DNA of 63,364 bases, the filler included, from Chrysochromulina tobinii (Eukaryota): assembly GCA_001275005.1 (NCBI GenBank). It is 6 parts of 6 records of this genome, joined end to end, with 100 filler letters (N's around TTAATTAATTAA, not from the genome) between each part and the next. Parts side by side here need not be neighbours in the genome. Positions count along the whole stretch, not along the records: positions 27,424 to 47,888 come from JWZX01001446.1; 5 more parts are not named here. One strand, 5' to 3'. Below, one piece after another: positions 34,701 through 44,746 of this stretch. Within the stretch, counting starts at the first letter, position 1. Every line of letters starts with the position of its first letter. The translations under genes and the position numbers were made by a program. The notes under the pieces were generated by a model, which was not told the origin of the DNA, did not search any database, and saw only the letters and a list, made by a program, of their open reading frames with translations.

Positions 34701-37700
34701 CGGCGTCGGCCTGCGCGATGGCTGGCTGATGCTGCTCTCGATCCTTCATTGGGCGGCGACGAAGCAGAAGAATTTGGTGTCACTCGCCTTTCGTTCGGTC
34801 GAGTTGATCGCGTCTGACTTTTTGACCTTCCTTCCGTTGGCCTGCCTGCCCGCGTATGTCGAGGTCGCTGCCGCGTATGCGACTCAGACGGATCACCTCA
34901 ACGTGGCCCTGACGGCCATCGGCTTGCAGTGGACGATTTGTGACCACCTCTTCAAGGTCCAGTCGTTCGATGCCTCGGACGCGAGCAGCGACGCGGACGC
35001 GGCGTCCGACGCCCGCGACGGCGCCTCGGACGGCCTCGGGCCTGCTGCGCCCGGGACGGCGCCCGGGACGGCGCCCGGGACGGCGCCCGACGGCTCCGCC
35101 GTTGAGGAGGAAGGGGTCGCGTCCACGCCGCGCTACGCGCACCTCAACGTGCGCGATGACGTGCGCACTCCCGACGTGTGGCGTGCGAGTGTCACGTCCG
35201 TCCGCCGCCTGTGCGTCGACGTGCGCCCCGAAGTGCGCACGTGCGCGATGCACTCGTTCGTGTCCATCATCTCGTCGCATGGCAAGAACCTGCCCGGTCC
35301 CTTTTTGGACCATCTGCTCACCCGCACGCTGCATCCCATGCTGGACGAGATCGTGACCAAGACGGCGTCCGCCTCGACGATCTCGTCGGCGAGCGCCGCG
35401 AGCGCCAAGCTGGGCACCGAGGGCGGGCGGGATGTGATGATGATGGTCCATCACTCGCGTGACACGGAGGCTAAGCAGTGGGACGAGACATGGGTGCTCG
35501 CGCTCGATGCGGCCGTGCGGCTGTACCGCGGCTTCCTGCCTCAGCTGCTCAGCTGTGCTTCCTTTGAGCGAGCCTGGTCGACGCTGCTCGGGTTCGTCAA
35601 AAAGTCGCTCCTCTCGATGCCGCGCTCCTCGGAAGTGGCGCTCGCAAGTATCACCGCGGTGCACTCGCTCATGCTCTCCTCCGTGCAGCTCTCGACCCAG
35701 GGTGGCTCCTCTCCGCGCACCTCGTCCGACGATCCGGCCGCCACCGCGCCGGCGTCGCCCAAGTCGCCCCCGAGCTTGCAACGCGCCAACACAGTGCCCG
35801 CCAAGGCGCTGGTGCCCGTCGCGTCGCCAGCCGACGGGCCGGGGTCCGCCGTACAACTGGCCAGTGGTCTGATGAGCATCGCCGCCAGCACGGCCCCCGT
35901 CGAGCGCGAGCGCCTGCCGCCGAAGCTGTGGGCTTCTGTCTGGTCGATGCTCGAAACGGCCATCGAGCAGGCGACCTCGGACGCCAGCACCTTCGCCACG
36001 CATGAGAAGATGCTCTGCGCCCTCGCGAACCGCACCGCCGATCTGTACGAGGGCGGCCGCGGCTATTTCGAAGAGGCGGACGTGCTCCGGCTGCTCCAGC
36101 TCGCCGAGCGTCTCGTGCGCTCTCCGGAGCGCCCCCTTGGCTGGGAGCCAACGGAGCCTACGTGTGCCCCGAGCGCGCTCCAGAACGCGGTGCTCAACCT
36201 GCTCTCGAAGCTGCCTCCGTTTCTGATTGCATGCTGATTGCATCGCTGAGTGCATGCTGATTGCCTCCTCCCTCATCAGGTGCTCAACCTGCTCTCGAAG
36301 CTGCCTCCGTTTGGGTCGCCGGGCGTGAGGGAGGACGAGATGTGGCCGCTGCTGCTCTGGCTGCTCCTCAAGCTGCTCGAGCCGCCGTCCGCCCCGACGC
36401 CCGTCGCGCTCACCAGCCCAGCGGCGACGGCCAAGGCGCCCGCCGTGGCGGGCGGCCGAGGCGCCGTGGCGGGCGGCCCGACCGGATTCGGCGAGAAGTG
36501 CTACCAGCTGCTGCACCGGCTGCTGACCGAGGAGGCGAGCCCCGCTGCCAAGATGGCCTCTAATGAACGCTAATGAGCGCTGATGACCTCTGATTGCTGA
36601 CCGAGGAGGCGAGCCCCGCTGCCACGATGGCCTCTAATGAACGCTAATGAGCGCTCATGACCTCTGATTGCTCCCCTCATCAGGCGAGCCCCGCTGCCAA
36701 GATGGCCGTCGCCGAGGATGTCCTCAACGTGACGCGTCGAATTATGGCCTGGCGCCTCAACGAGGCCTGCCAGTCTCCCGGGCTGCCACGCGCCGTCGCG
36801 GCCGGGTTCGTCACTCTCCTCGAGGCGATCTTGGCGCATCTCCCGTCGCCCGCCGCCGACCCCATGCTCGCCGAGCGAGCGCACCACGAGCTCGTCGAGG
36901 CGCTCTGGACGCGCCTCTCGCCACAGGCGCTTGTGGCGTCCTCGGGCTTCGCCGAAGCCTCAATCGGGCCGCCCGTGGCGGCGCCTCTCGGACCGGTCAC
37001 CGCCGAGGTGGACCTGCTTCCTTTTCTGCTCTCGGTCTGCTCGGACTTGGAGGAGACGAAACTCATGGAGAGCACGCTGACGGGCGCTCGTTCGGTACTC
37101 CGCGCGGCGTCCATGAAGTCGGAGCATCGCTCGCATGCAAGTGCTCACCACGGCGCCCCGTCCCCTTCCCCACAGGTACTCCACGCGGCGTCCATGAAGT
37201 CGGAGCATCGCACGCGGCTGCTGCTGATGCTGTGTGCCGTTCTCCGTCTCCCGATGCATGCAGCCGTCGCGTGCGATGCATGCTGGCGCGAGGCCGTCAC
37301 AGCGCTCTGCATGCTGAGCTCCTCCACGGGTGGTGCTCAGGACGGCGCGTGCGCGAGCTTGACCGTGCCTAATGGTGCTCAGGACGGCGCTCGAGGAGCT
37401 CAGGACGGCGCGTGTGCGAGCTTGGCCGCGCCTAAGCTGCTGCAGGTAGCACGCGTCGTCCTCAACGGCTGGGCCGACGTGGAGGGCGTCAAGGAGGAGG
37501 GCGCGCCCGTTACGGCGCGTGGCGGTGTTGCGGGCGTGGAGGACGTCAAGGAGGAGAGCATGCTCGCGCTGAGGGCGGCCCAGATCGCGCATTTGCTTTC
37601 ACACCTGAGCAGCATGCGGCTCGCTGAAGGCGCCCTGCCGGCTCCCAACTCGCAAGGTCGTTCGATCCCCGCGCGGATCGCACCTGCGATGATCCAGTGT

Positions 37701-37856
37701 ATCGGCGAGCCCAGAGCCCTCTTCGCGCGGGGCAAGGTCCCAGTGCAGGTGCTCGAGCTCCAATCTGCGATCCGGACTGCTATGCAAGGGGTGGCCGCCG
37801 AGCTGGGCCTTGGGACGGAGTCTTCGGTCTCGTCCGTTTCGTCAGAGGTGCACTGA
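31745..37856 (+). CDS. MON2: Protein MON2 homolog. Introns 33566-33918, 36190-36279, 36535-36683 and 37095-37175
   Basis: DLRALSE..KFPEVKEAAE N-terminus, LKVLQT, KNVQ|ALKAVFNVAHC across a splice, NVALTAIGLQW and MVHHSRDTEAKQWDET. Confidence 0.9.
36190..36279 (+). mobile_element. Introner-like intron, family B (CTGAT repeats ending CCTCATCAG). Other copies at ~30378-30473, 36535-36683, 61790-61961 and 62130-62297. A related intron lies at 33566-33918
   Basis: 33-bp perfect copy of the downstream exon, then CTGATTGC-type repeats and the shared CCTCATCAG acceptor. Confidence 0.75.
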
Positions 37857-38115
37857 GGGACGTGCGGCGCTGAGGGACGCGCGGTGCTGAGCGTGCAGTC
37901 GGCGCCCGCCATGGCGTGACTGCGTCCGACCGGTGCACTGTGCAAGAGCTCGGAACAGGGAACATGCGTCCGGGGTCTTCGGTGAGAAACTGGAAAGTAT
38001 GTGTGTGTGTGGGCGTAGGCGGTGAACGCAGTGTGATTGTATAAAGAGAGGGTGCGCGTAATGTTCACAGCCTATACACCTGTATTCACACGGCGCTTCG
38101 CGGGTGCCAACGACT

Positions 38116-40161
38116 ATGCCGCCGAGAGGCAGCCGGCTGCTCTCCTCCGTGCTGGCCGCACGTGCCGGCGGTGGCGCAGAGGTGCTGGCCTTCAAGGCAT
38201 CGGTCGATGAGCTCTCGCGCCTCAGCACCGCGCGAGCTCAGGACGAGGCGCTGCTCCAGCAGATCTCGGCGCAGCTGCACAGCCTTGAGCCGGCCGTCTG
38301 CGCGCGGCTGCTCACCGAGTGCCGCTTCCGCGACGAGTGGCGTCAGGAGAAGTGCGAGCGTGCACTGCAGCAGCTGCCCAGCAGCGAGCAGGATCCGGAG
38401 ACCGTCGACCGCATGCGCGAGTACATCGCGATGCTGGCGCCTGACGAGGACCTCGGCCCACTCGAGCCCGGCTGGCAATCGGAGCTGCTGCGGCAGCAGC
38501 GCACGCTCGCGAGCCTTCTGACGCTGTGCGCGGGCGGCTCGTCGGACCGCGTGCAGACCGTGCTCAGCGACTTTATGGAGAACTCGCGCAGCCGGCTGCA
38601 CGCGGCGCTCACCTCGGTGCACGAGGAGCTCCTCGAGGCGGCGGCGAGCGGCCACTGCGCACGCGCGCCGGCGCGCGTGTCGGGGTGCGGAGGAGGGCTG
38701 TCGCCGAGCTCGTCGCCGCTCAAGCAGCAGCCGCAGCCGCAGCCGCCGCCGTTCCGGTCCGCACCGGGCGCGCCCCACCCCATTTATGCTGAGGCGGCGT
38801 GGGGGGGGGCTCCGCCGCAGCTCTCGCCCAGGCACGTGTGGGGTTCCGAAACGGAGGCGGCCGCGCGCCCCGGTACAGCTGAGGTGCGCGGCGCGCCGGT
38901 CAAGCCCGGCGGTCCCGGCGGTTCAACGGGCGGCGTGCGCGGCCTCTCTGCGGAGGGCTTCGTCGCGCAGCTGCGAGGGCAGCACCGCGCCGTATGCACC
39001 ATTCAGGCAGCCGTCCGAGGTCGGAGGATGCGGGCGGCGTACCGACGGCGGGTGAACCGTCGGATCGGGGCGGCGGTGCGGCTCCAGTGCTGCGCACGCC
39101 GGTGGGTCGCGAGGCGCGCTCTCCGGGTGCAGCGCGAGCGACGCGTACTGGCCGCCCGACGAGCGCTGCGAGAATGGCACGCAGCTCGGCGGGTGCAGCG
39201 CGCGTGGCGCTGGGCGCGGCGCAAGCGGCGCTGGACGGCGGCGTGGCGCGCGCAGATGGCGCACGCGGCCGGTGCCGACGACAAGGCGTGGCGCGCCATG
39301 CTCAAGCGTTCGCTGCTCCCCAAGACGCAGGTAACCTCGAGGAGAGCTGGGAAGCGGTTCAAGCATGCATGTGCTCACCACGGCGCCGTGCCCCTTTGTT
39401 CACAGGAGGCGACTGGATTCTCGCAGTACGCCCTGTACACCGAGTCCAAGGTGCTCGCGACGCGACGGGCGAAGGAGGAGGGGAGCGCGCAGCGGCTGCA
39501 GGCGGCGGTACGCGCCTTGAAGGTTCGGGTGCTCTGGCGCAAGCTGCACCGCGCCGCGAGCGTGCTACAGGCCGGTGTGCGCCGCTGGCGTGTCTGCAAT
39601 CGAGAGTGCCCATGGCGGCGCGCGCTGCGACGGCACCACGCAACAAGGCGCTCGCGACGGCGCTGGCGCTCGCAGCGCGCGGCGGCGCTCGCGCTCCAGC
39701 CGCTCCAGACGCGCGCTGTGCTGGTGCAGCTGCACGTGAGCAAGGAGCTGGAGCATGTGTACGAGGAGGTGCTGCGCGAGAAGCGCGACTTTGAGAGCGC
39801 CTTCCGCAAGTGGGCGGCCAAGATGGAGAAACTCACGCTGGCGAAGAAGCTGCATGCGGACTGGATCCCGCAGATGAACGTGGAGCGGGGCGAGTCTTAC
39901 TTTTTCAACGTGCGTACCGGGGAGTCGTCCGAGGAGCACCCGAACATGAAGGAGGTGCGTAAGACGGAGAAGAAGCAACGCAAGCTCGCCGAAGAGGCGA
40001 TGGAGGAGAGGCTCGCGCGCCTGCAAGGCTACGAGGAGCAGCTGCGCGACGCGCTGCGCACGGAGCTCGAGGCCTACGCCGAGCAGGCCGCCAAGGTGGC
40101 CGCCGAGGCGGCCGTGCTCGCGCAGGTGGCGCAGCAAGGCATTCGATATGTAGTTCGGTAG
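38116..40161 (+). CDS. IQ-motif and WW-like domain protein. Probable in-frame intron 39331-39405
   Basis: Multiple IQ motifs (TIQAAVRGRRMR, RLQAAVR, VLQAGVRRW) and WW-like DWIPQMNVERGESYFFNVRTGESSEEHP. Confidence 0.75.
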   Translation: MPPRGSRLLSSVLAARAGGGAEVLAFKASVDELSRLSTARAQDEALLQQISAQLHSLEPAVCARLLTECRFRDEWRQEKCERALQQLPSSEQDPETVDRMREYIAMLAPDEDLGPLEPGWQSELLRQQRTLASLLTLCAGGSSDRVQTVLSDFMENSRSRLHAALTSVHEELLEAAASGHCARAPARVSGCGGGLSPSSSPLKQQPQPQPPPFRSAPGAPHPIYAEAAWGGAPPQLSPRHVWGSETEAAARPGTAEVRGAPVKPGGPGGSTGGVRGLSAEGFVAQLRGQHRAVCTIQAAVRGRRMRAAYRRRVNRRIGAAVRLQCCARRWVARRALRVQRERRVLAARRALREWHAARRVQRAWRWARRKRRWTAAWRAQMAHAAGADDKAWRAMLKRSLLPKTQVTSRRAGKRFKHACAHHGAVPLCSQEATGFSQYALYTESKVLATRRAKEEGSAQRLQAAVRALKVRVLWRKLHRAASVLQAGVRRWRVCNRECPWRRALRRHHATRRSRRRWRSQRAAALALQPLQTRAVLVQLHVSKELEHVYEEVLREKRDFESAFRKWAAKMEKLTLAKKLHADWIPQMNVERGESYFFNVRTGESSEEHPNMKEVRKTEKKQRKLAEEAMEERLARLQGYEEQLRDALRTELEAYAEQAAKVAAEAAVLAQVAQQGIRYVVR

Positions 40162-40352
40162 TACATCATGATCTCAAGGGGGCGGCGACATTTAGTTTAT
40201 TTTGAGAGGTTGACACACGTGTCAAATGTGAAAGAGGATCGCGTGAAAGACTCGTGAAAGTGTGCCCAGTGTTCAAGTTTTCACACGTGTCAATGTGAAA
40301 AGAGCACTGCACGCAGGCCTCGTGTCTATCTGTGCGGTCGTCTGAAAGGACC

Positions 40353-41435
40353 ATGGGTGACGAGGTGCGCTGACGCTGTCCCACGGCTGGCTGAGATGGC
40401 GCACGCCTGCGATGATCTTGTCTGAGGGGCGTGCCTGTAGCCGCTGCGACCGCTGGCGCGCACGACCGCCGAGCAACTTCGGTGAGCTGTCGCTCGCCAA
40501 ACGACCACGCTGACCAGGCCTCGCTTCTGTCGTTTTCAGGATGAGAACGTCATGCGCAAGCTGAAGGTCGAGAAGCTGATCCTCAACATCTCCGTCGGCG
40601 AGAGTGGCGATCGTCTCACCCGCGCCGCCAAGGTGCTCGAGCAGCTCAGCGGACAGCAGCCCGTCTTCAAGAAGGCGCGCTACACTGTTCGCCAATTCGG
40701 CATTCGTAGGAACGAGAAGATCGCGTGCCACGTTTGCATGCGCGGCGAGAAGGCGGAGGAGATCCTCGAGCGTGGCCTGAAGGTGAAGGAGTACGAGCTG
40801 CGGAAGAAGAACTTCTCCGCGACGGGCAACTTCGGCTTTGGCATCAGCGAGCACATCGATCTCGGTGCGCGCCCGCTACGCCCGAACGCTCGCCGCCGCG
40901 CGGACGATGAGGCGGCAGCGGCGGCGCAAGCAGTCGGGGCGAAGCCGGCCGGGATGTTCAAGGGACGGCGGCGGCGGAAACGGCGACGGATGGGGGCCAC
41001 AGCAAGGACAGCAGCGGTTCCGATGGGGCTGTGGGGTGGCAGCACACACCGCCTCCAGTGGCGACATTTCTTGATGGGACAGGCCTGCGACGCGGCGAAG
41101 CGGGCGGATGCTCGGCGGTGGCCGCCTGCGGGTTGCCGGCGATGGATGGACAATCCGAGTGGCTCTTGGTTCACACGTGCCGCCCGTTCACACGTGCCGC
41201 CCGCAACTGCTCTGACGTGCCCCTCGTGCGCGTGTCGCGTGTCGCAGGCCTCAAGTACGACCCGTCCACTGGCATCTACGGCATGGACTTTTACGTCGTG
41301 ATGAAGCGCACGGGCGGCATGCGTGTGGCGAAGCGGCGCGCCAAGCAGACGCCCATGGGCATTAGCCACCGCATTAACAAGAAGGAGACGCAGCAGTGGT
41401 TCAAGAACAAGTACGAGGGCGTCCTGATGAACTGA
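40353..41435 (+). CDS. RPL11: 60S ribosomal protein L11 (uL5). Introns 40365-40539 and 40865-41247
   Basis: [32 protein letters not shown] and [29 protein letters not shown]. Canonical GT-AG introns restore the frame. Confidence 0.97.
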
Positions 41436-41779
41436 TGCAATGAGAGGCGACGGGAGGCGCGCGAGTCGCCCGACGCGCGGAGTGTACTGCGCCAGCTCCA
41501 CTCGTACCCCCGGCAGCTGAACTAGGGGAGCGCGTGTGGTCACTGCGGCGTGCCGGGCCCGGGTAGTCGCTGTCCTGTGCGTCTGCGCTTGAACATGGTC
41601 ATGTGAAGCAGGATCCGTGTATCGAATCGTTGTGCTCAAAGTCACACACTACGCTGAAGAAATCGAATTTCCCGAGATATCCTGCTTACAAGCATGCAAG
41701 CGGTGATCATGAACGTCACGAAACGCCGTCTTGGGCACATCGCGCCGCACGGCGCTCGGTCGAAGTTGTTGCGCTCCGC

Positions 41780-42058
41780 ATGGCCACCAAAAAGTACACG
41801 GCTGCCGAGGAGAAGGCGCTAGCGCTGGAGCTCCAGAAGCAGCTCGCCAAGAACACCGAGCTGGTGCGCGTCCTGTACACGCTGCGAGGAGAGGCGCCGC
41901 CCAACAACAACTCGGATGACCACTCGGTGATGGGCGAGCCGCACGAGGAGGAGCGTCCACGCTCGTGGGAGGTGTATTCAGCGATGCCGGGCGTCGACAG
42001 CTTGCATACGGGCCTGTCGAAGCGGACACCTAACGGTATGCACGCCACCATTTTGTGA
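41780..42058 (+). CDS. Small hypothetical protein
   Basis: ATG 41780 with a short coiled-coil-like N-terminus. Confidence 0.35.
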   Translation: MATKKYTAAEEKALALELQKQLAKNTELVRVLYTLRGEAPPNNNSDDHSVMGEPHEEERPRSWEVYSAMPGVDSLHTGLSKRTPNGMHATIL

Positions 42059-42497
42059 CATGCGTCGATCCCTGCTGCTCACCTCAGCATGCGTTTGCCA
42101 TCTCCGCAGGCGGCTTCTTCACTTCGTGAGACAGCTTCTATGTGCTTGAGTCATGGTCGCGCCGTAAGTCTGCATGCGAGCAGACTTCTGTATTCCCGGT
42201 GAGATAATGGTAGCCGCTGCGTGTAGCCTCCTCAACCTCGTAGTCGCTAGCATGGTCGTTACGCGCTTCGTAAGACCGCTTCCACGGTCATCCGAGCGGA
42301 TACGTCGGACGTCGCTCGTCGGTCGTCGCTCGTACCATACCTCTATCCTCTTACGTGCGCGTCGCGCCTTCCTCAGCGGGGTCTAAGCGTGCGTGCCGGA
42401 TGGTTTTCGTACTTGTCGTCACGATGAGCTTGAACGACCACTAGTCACTACAGTCTACACGATGTTCACCCGCGCCGCGGCTGCCCATTATTTTATT

Positions 42498-43211
42498 CTA
42501 TCCTCCGCGATCCAGCTGAACCGCTCCACTCGAGCCGCTCTTGGTAATCACCTTCCGACTCCTAGGAACATACGGCTCGAGTGATCCGAGCTGCTTGAGT
42601 CCACGCTGTCCGGTGTTAATGTGCCACCCTCGCGAGAGCGCAGTGCCCACGTCGACGCCAACGGTCGCGGGCTGTGTCGATTTGATCACCTTGGAAGGTT
42701 GAAAGAGTGAGGAAGGCCGAGGCGATAGGCTGCCGCTCCCGCCGCTCGTGGCAGTAGCACTGTGGCGTGCTGGTATCGTGGTCGGGCTGGGCACCAGCAT
42801 CGCCGCCTTGTCCAGCGCTTGACCGAGGATATGCTCCCAGGCTTTGTTTGTGTACGCGTCGTGCGCCTCAAAGCGGAGAGGTGGTGCGCCGGCACAGCGA
42901 ATCTGGAAGGTGTGGTCATTGATGTGCTCGAGACCACGGAGCATCGAGGTCGGGTACCGCGTGCACTGGTCCATTGGCGCGCCCTTGACCCTCGAAAGAA
43001 GCAGCTCGTTGTTCTCCAGTCGTAGGAACCGCAGCTGAAGTGTTGAGGGCTGCGCGGAAGAGCCGACAACGAGCGCGCCCTCGGGTGGTATTGCAGCGAG
43101 AGATCCCGCAGCGGCGCTCGAGGCAGGTGAAAGACGGCTGTCGCCAACGTCAATCGCTGGAAGCCGCGCCGCCATGCGCGCCTTCGGATTGATGGACATG
43201 CCGCGCCGCAT
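42498..43211 (-). CDS. PH-like domain protein
   Basis: RFLRLENNELLL...HTFQI.....LRFEA......AWEHILGQA pattern typical of PH domains. Confidence 0.55.
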   Translation of the reverse strand: MRRGMSINPKARMAARLPAIDVGDSRLSPASSAAAGSLAAIPPEGALVVGSSAQPSTLQLRFLRLENNELLLSRVKGAPMDQCTRYPTSMLRGLEHINDHTFQIRCAGAPPLRFEAHDAYTNKAWEHILGQALDKAAMLVPSPTTIPARHSATATSGGSGSLSPRPSSLFQPSKVIKSTQPATVGVDVGTALSRGWHINTGQRGLKQLGSLEPYVPRSRKVITKSGSSGAVQLDRGG

Positions 43212-43651
43212 TATGACAGTCCTTTTCCGCGACGTTGAGAAAAAACGTCGTTCTCACTCACGTGAAGTCGTGAAAGAACCTTTTGAACAAACAAGCAAGC
43301 AAACAACCTTTTCGACAACACTTTGGGTCGCAGATGTGTGGAAAGCAAAGTGCGCGAAAGCAGAGCACATTTCCATCTCAGAATTAAGATTTCGTCACGT
43401 ATTTCGACAGTCACGACACCCGTACCAATTGACCCGTACCCGGAGACCCGGACGTGTTACATTGTACTGTCACCTTACGTGTAGCCGAGGTTTTTTATTT
43501 CATGATTTACTACATATCGAGATGAATTACTAATTCTCCGCCCGGACCGGAATCAGACTTGGCCACCGCACTAATAGGCCGATATTTAGCCGATATCCTA
43601 GAGATAGAGCTGCACAGGCCCACTGCCGCCGCCTCCCAGCAGCTATGGGCC

Positions 43652-44584
43652 CTAATACGACTTGAGGAGCGCGGGATCCAGAGGCGCTCGCTCCTTGAGC
43701 AATCGCCTCGACGCGTACGCCATGTTCTCCCGGTGGACCCAATCGTGAAGGTCGCGCAGCGTGGGTGTAGAGGACTGCCACGGGCCACCCGGTGCGAACT
43801 TGGGAAGGGCTGCCTCCTCCTTCTGCAGCCGCACCTCGAGCACATCGCGTGGCAAGCGGTCGTCCACCTCTACGAAGTCCAGCTCGTATGCCGCGTCGGG
43901 CGCTCCCTCGCGCGGTGGAATACGGAATACGTGTCCAAAGACGGCGCGCGTGCGAGGCATGTGGAAGTGGTTGTTGATGACGACGAGTCGGCGCAGCGCG
44001 CGCACGTCGGTGTGCATTACGCGCGCAAAGTACGCATTGCCCACCGTCTCGAGCGACACCGACTCCTCGAGAATACGCGACGGGTCCACGCCGTGCGATA
44101 GCAAGTACTTGGCATTGTCCTGCGCCTCATGGCGCTCAAAGCCGCTGGCGTCCTGCGGGCACGGCTTATGTGGCGTGCCCCATGCTGTGGTGATCACGTA
44201 CGGCTTCGGGTCGGGCGACATCTCGTACAGGTGTACCGCCCGCTCCAGCCGGGCAAGCACGTGCGGCGGCGGGCCATCGGCCGTTTGCCCACCGGCGGGG
44301 ATGAGGATGGCATGGTAGCCGCCCGCAAGCGGCGGATCCGCAGGCGTCGTCCCAGACGCACGCGATCGGTGTGCGTCCTCGTCGCTCAAGAGGACCAATT
44401 GTACCTGGTTGAAGCACCAAGAGAAGCCGATCCCAACGCTGGCGCCGAGCAAAAACGACTGGCTTGTGACAATGCGCTGCCAGCGCGAGGCGCCGTCCTT
44501 GCGGCGCTGCGTCTTGGAGGGCTCGGGTAGAACTGGGCTCGCCGCGTAGCCGCGCGCCCGAGACCAAGAATCCATGTCCTGCAT
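43652..44584 (-). CDS. YdcF/DUF218 (ElyC/SanA-like) family protein
   Basis: ARLERAV, EAQDNAKYLLSHGV, ILEESVSLETVGNAYF and VINNHFHMPRTRAVF. N-terminal TM segment. Confidence 0.85.
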   Translation of the reverse strand: MQDMDSWSRARGYAASPVLPEPSKTQRRKDGASRWQRIVTSQSFLLGASVGIGFSWCFNQVQLVLLSDEDAHRSRASGTTPADPPLAGGYHAILIPAGGQTADGPPPHVLARLERAVHLYEMSPDPKPYVITTAWGTPHKPCPQDASGFERHEAQDNAKYLLSHGVDPSRILEESVSLETVGNAYFARVMHTDVRALRRLVVINNHFHMPRTRAVFGHVFRIPPREGAPDAAYELDFVEVDDRLPRDVLEVRLQKEEAALPKFAPGGPWQSSTPTLRDLHDWVHRENMAYASRRLLKERAPLDPALLKSY

Positions 44585-44746
44585 GAATGGGACCCGTCGG
44601 GCCTACCAGAGAGTCAGAGAGAGGTGTTCATTATGAAGGGTTCATTTGGTTTTCGTCAATTTCTGGTTTCCGACAAAACGTCTTCGTCTCGCGCTCGGCT
44701 GCTCGCGGGAGCCTCTCCTCTCGTCGGCGTCGTCGAGCCGCGCTGA

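Noticed and set aside
36190..36312. Exon duplications as frameshifts or pseudogenisation of MON2
   Set aside because: Every interruption is cleanly removable as a GY-AG intron that restores the frame
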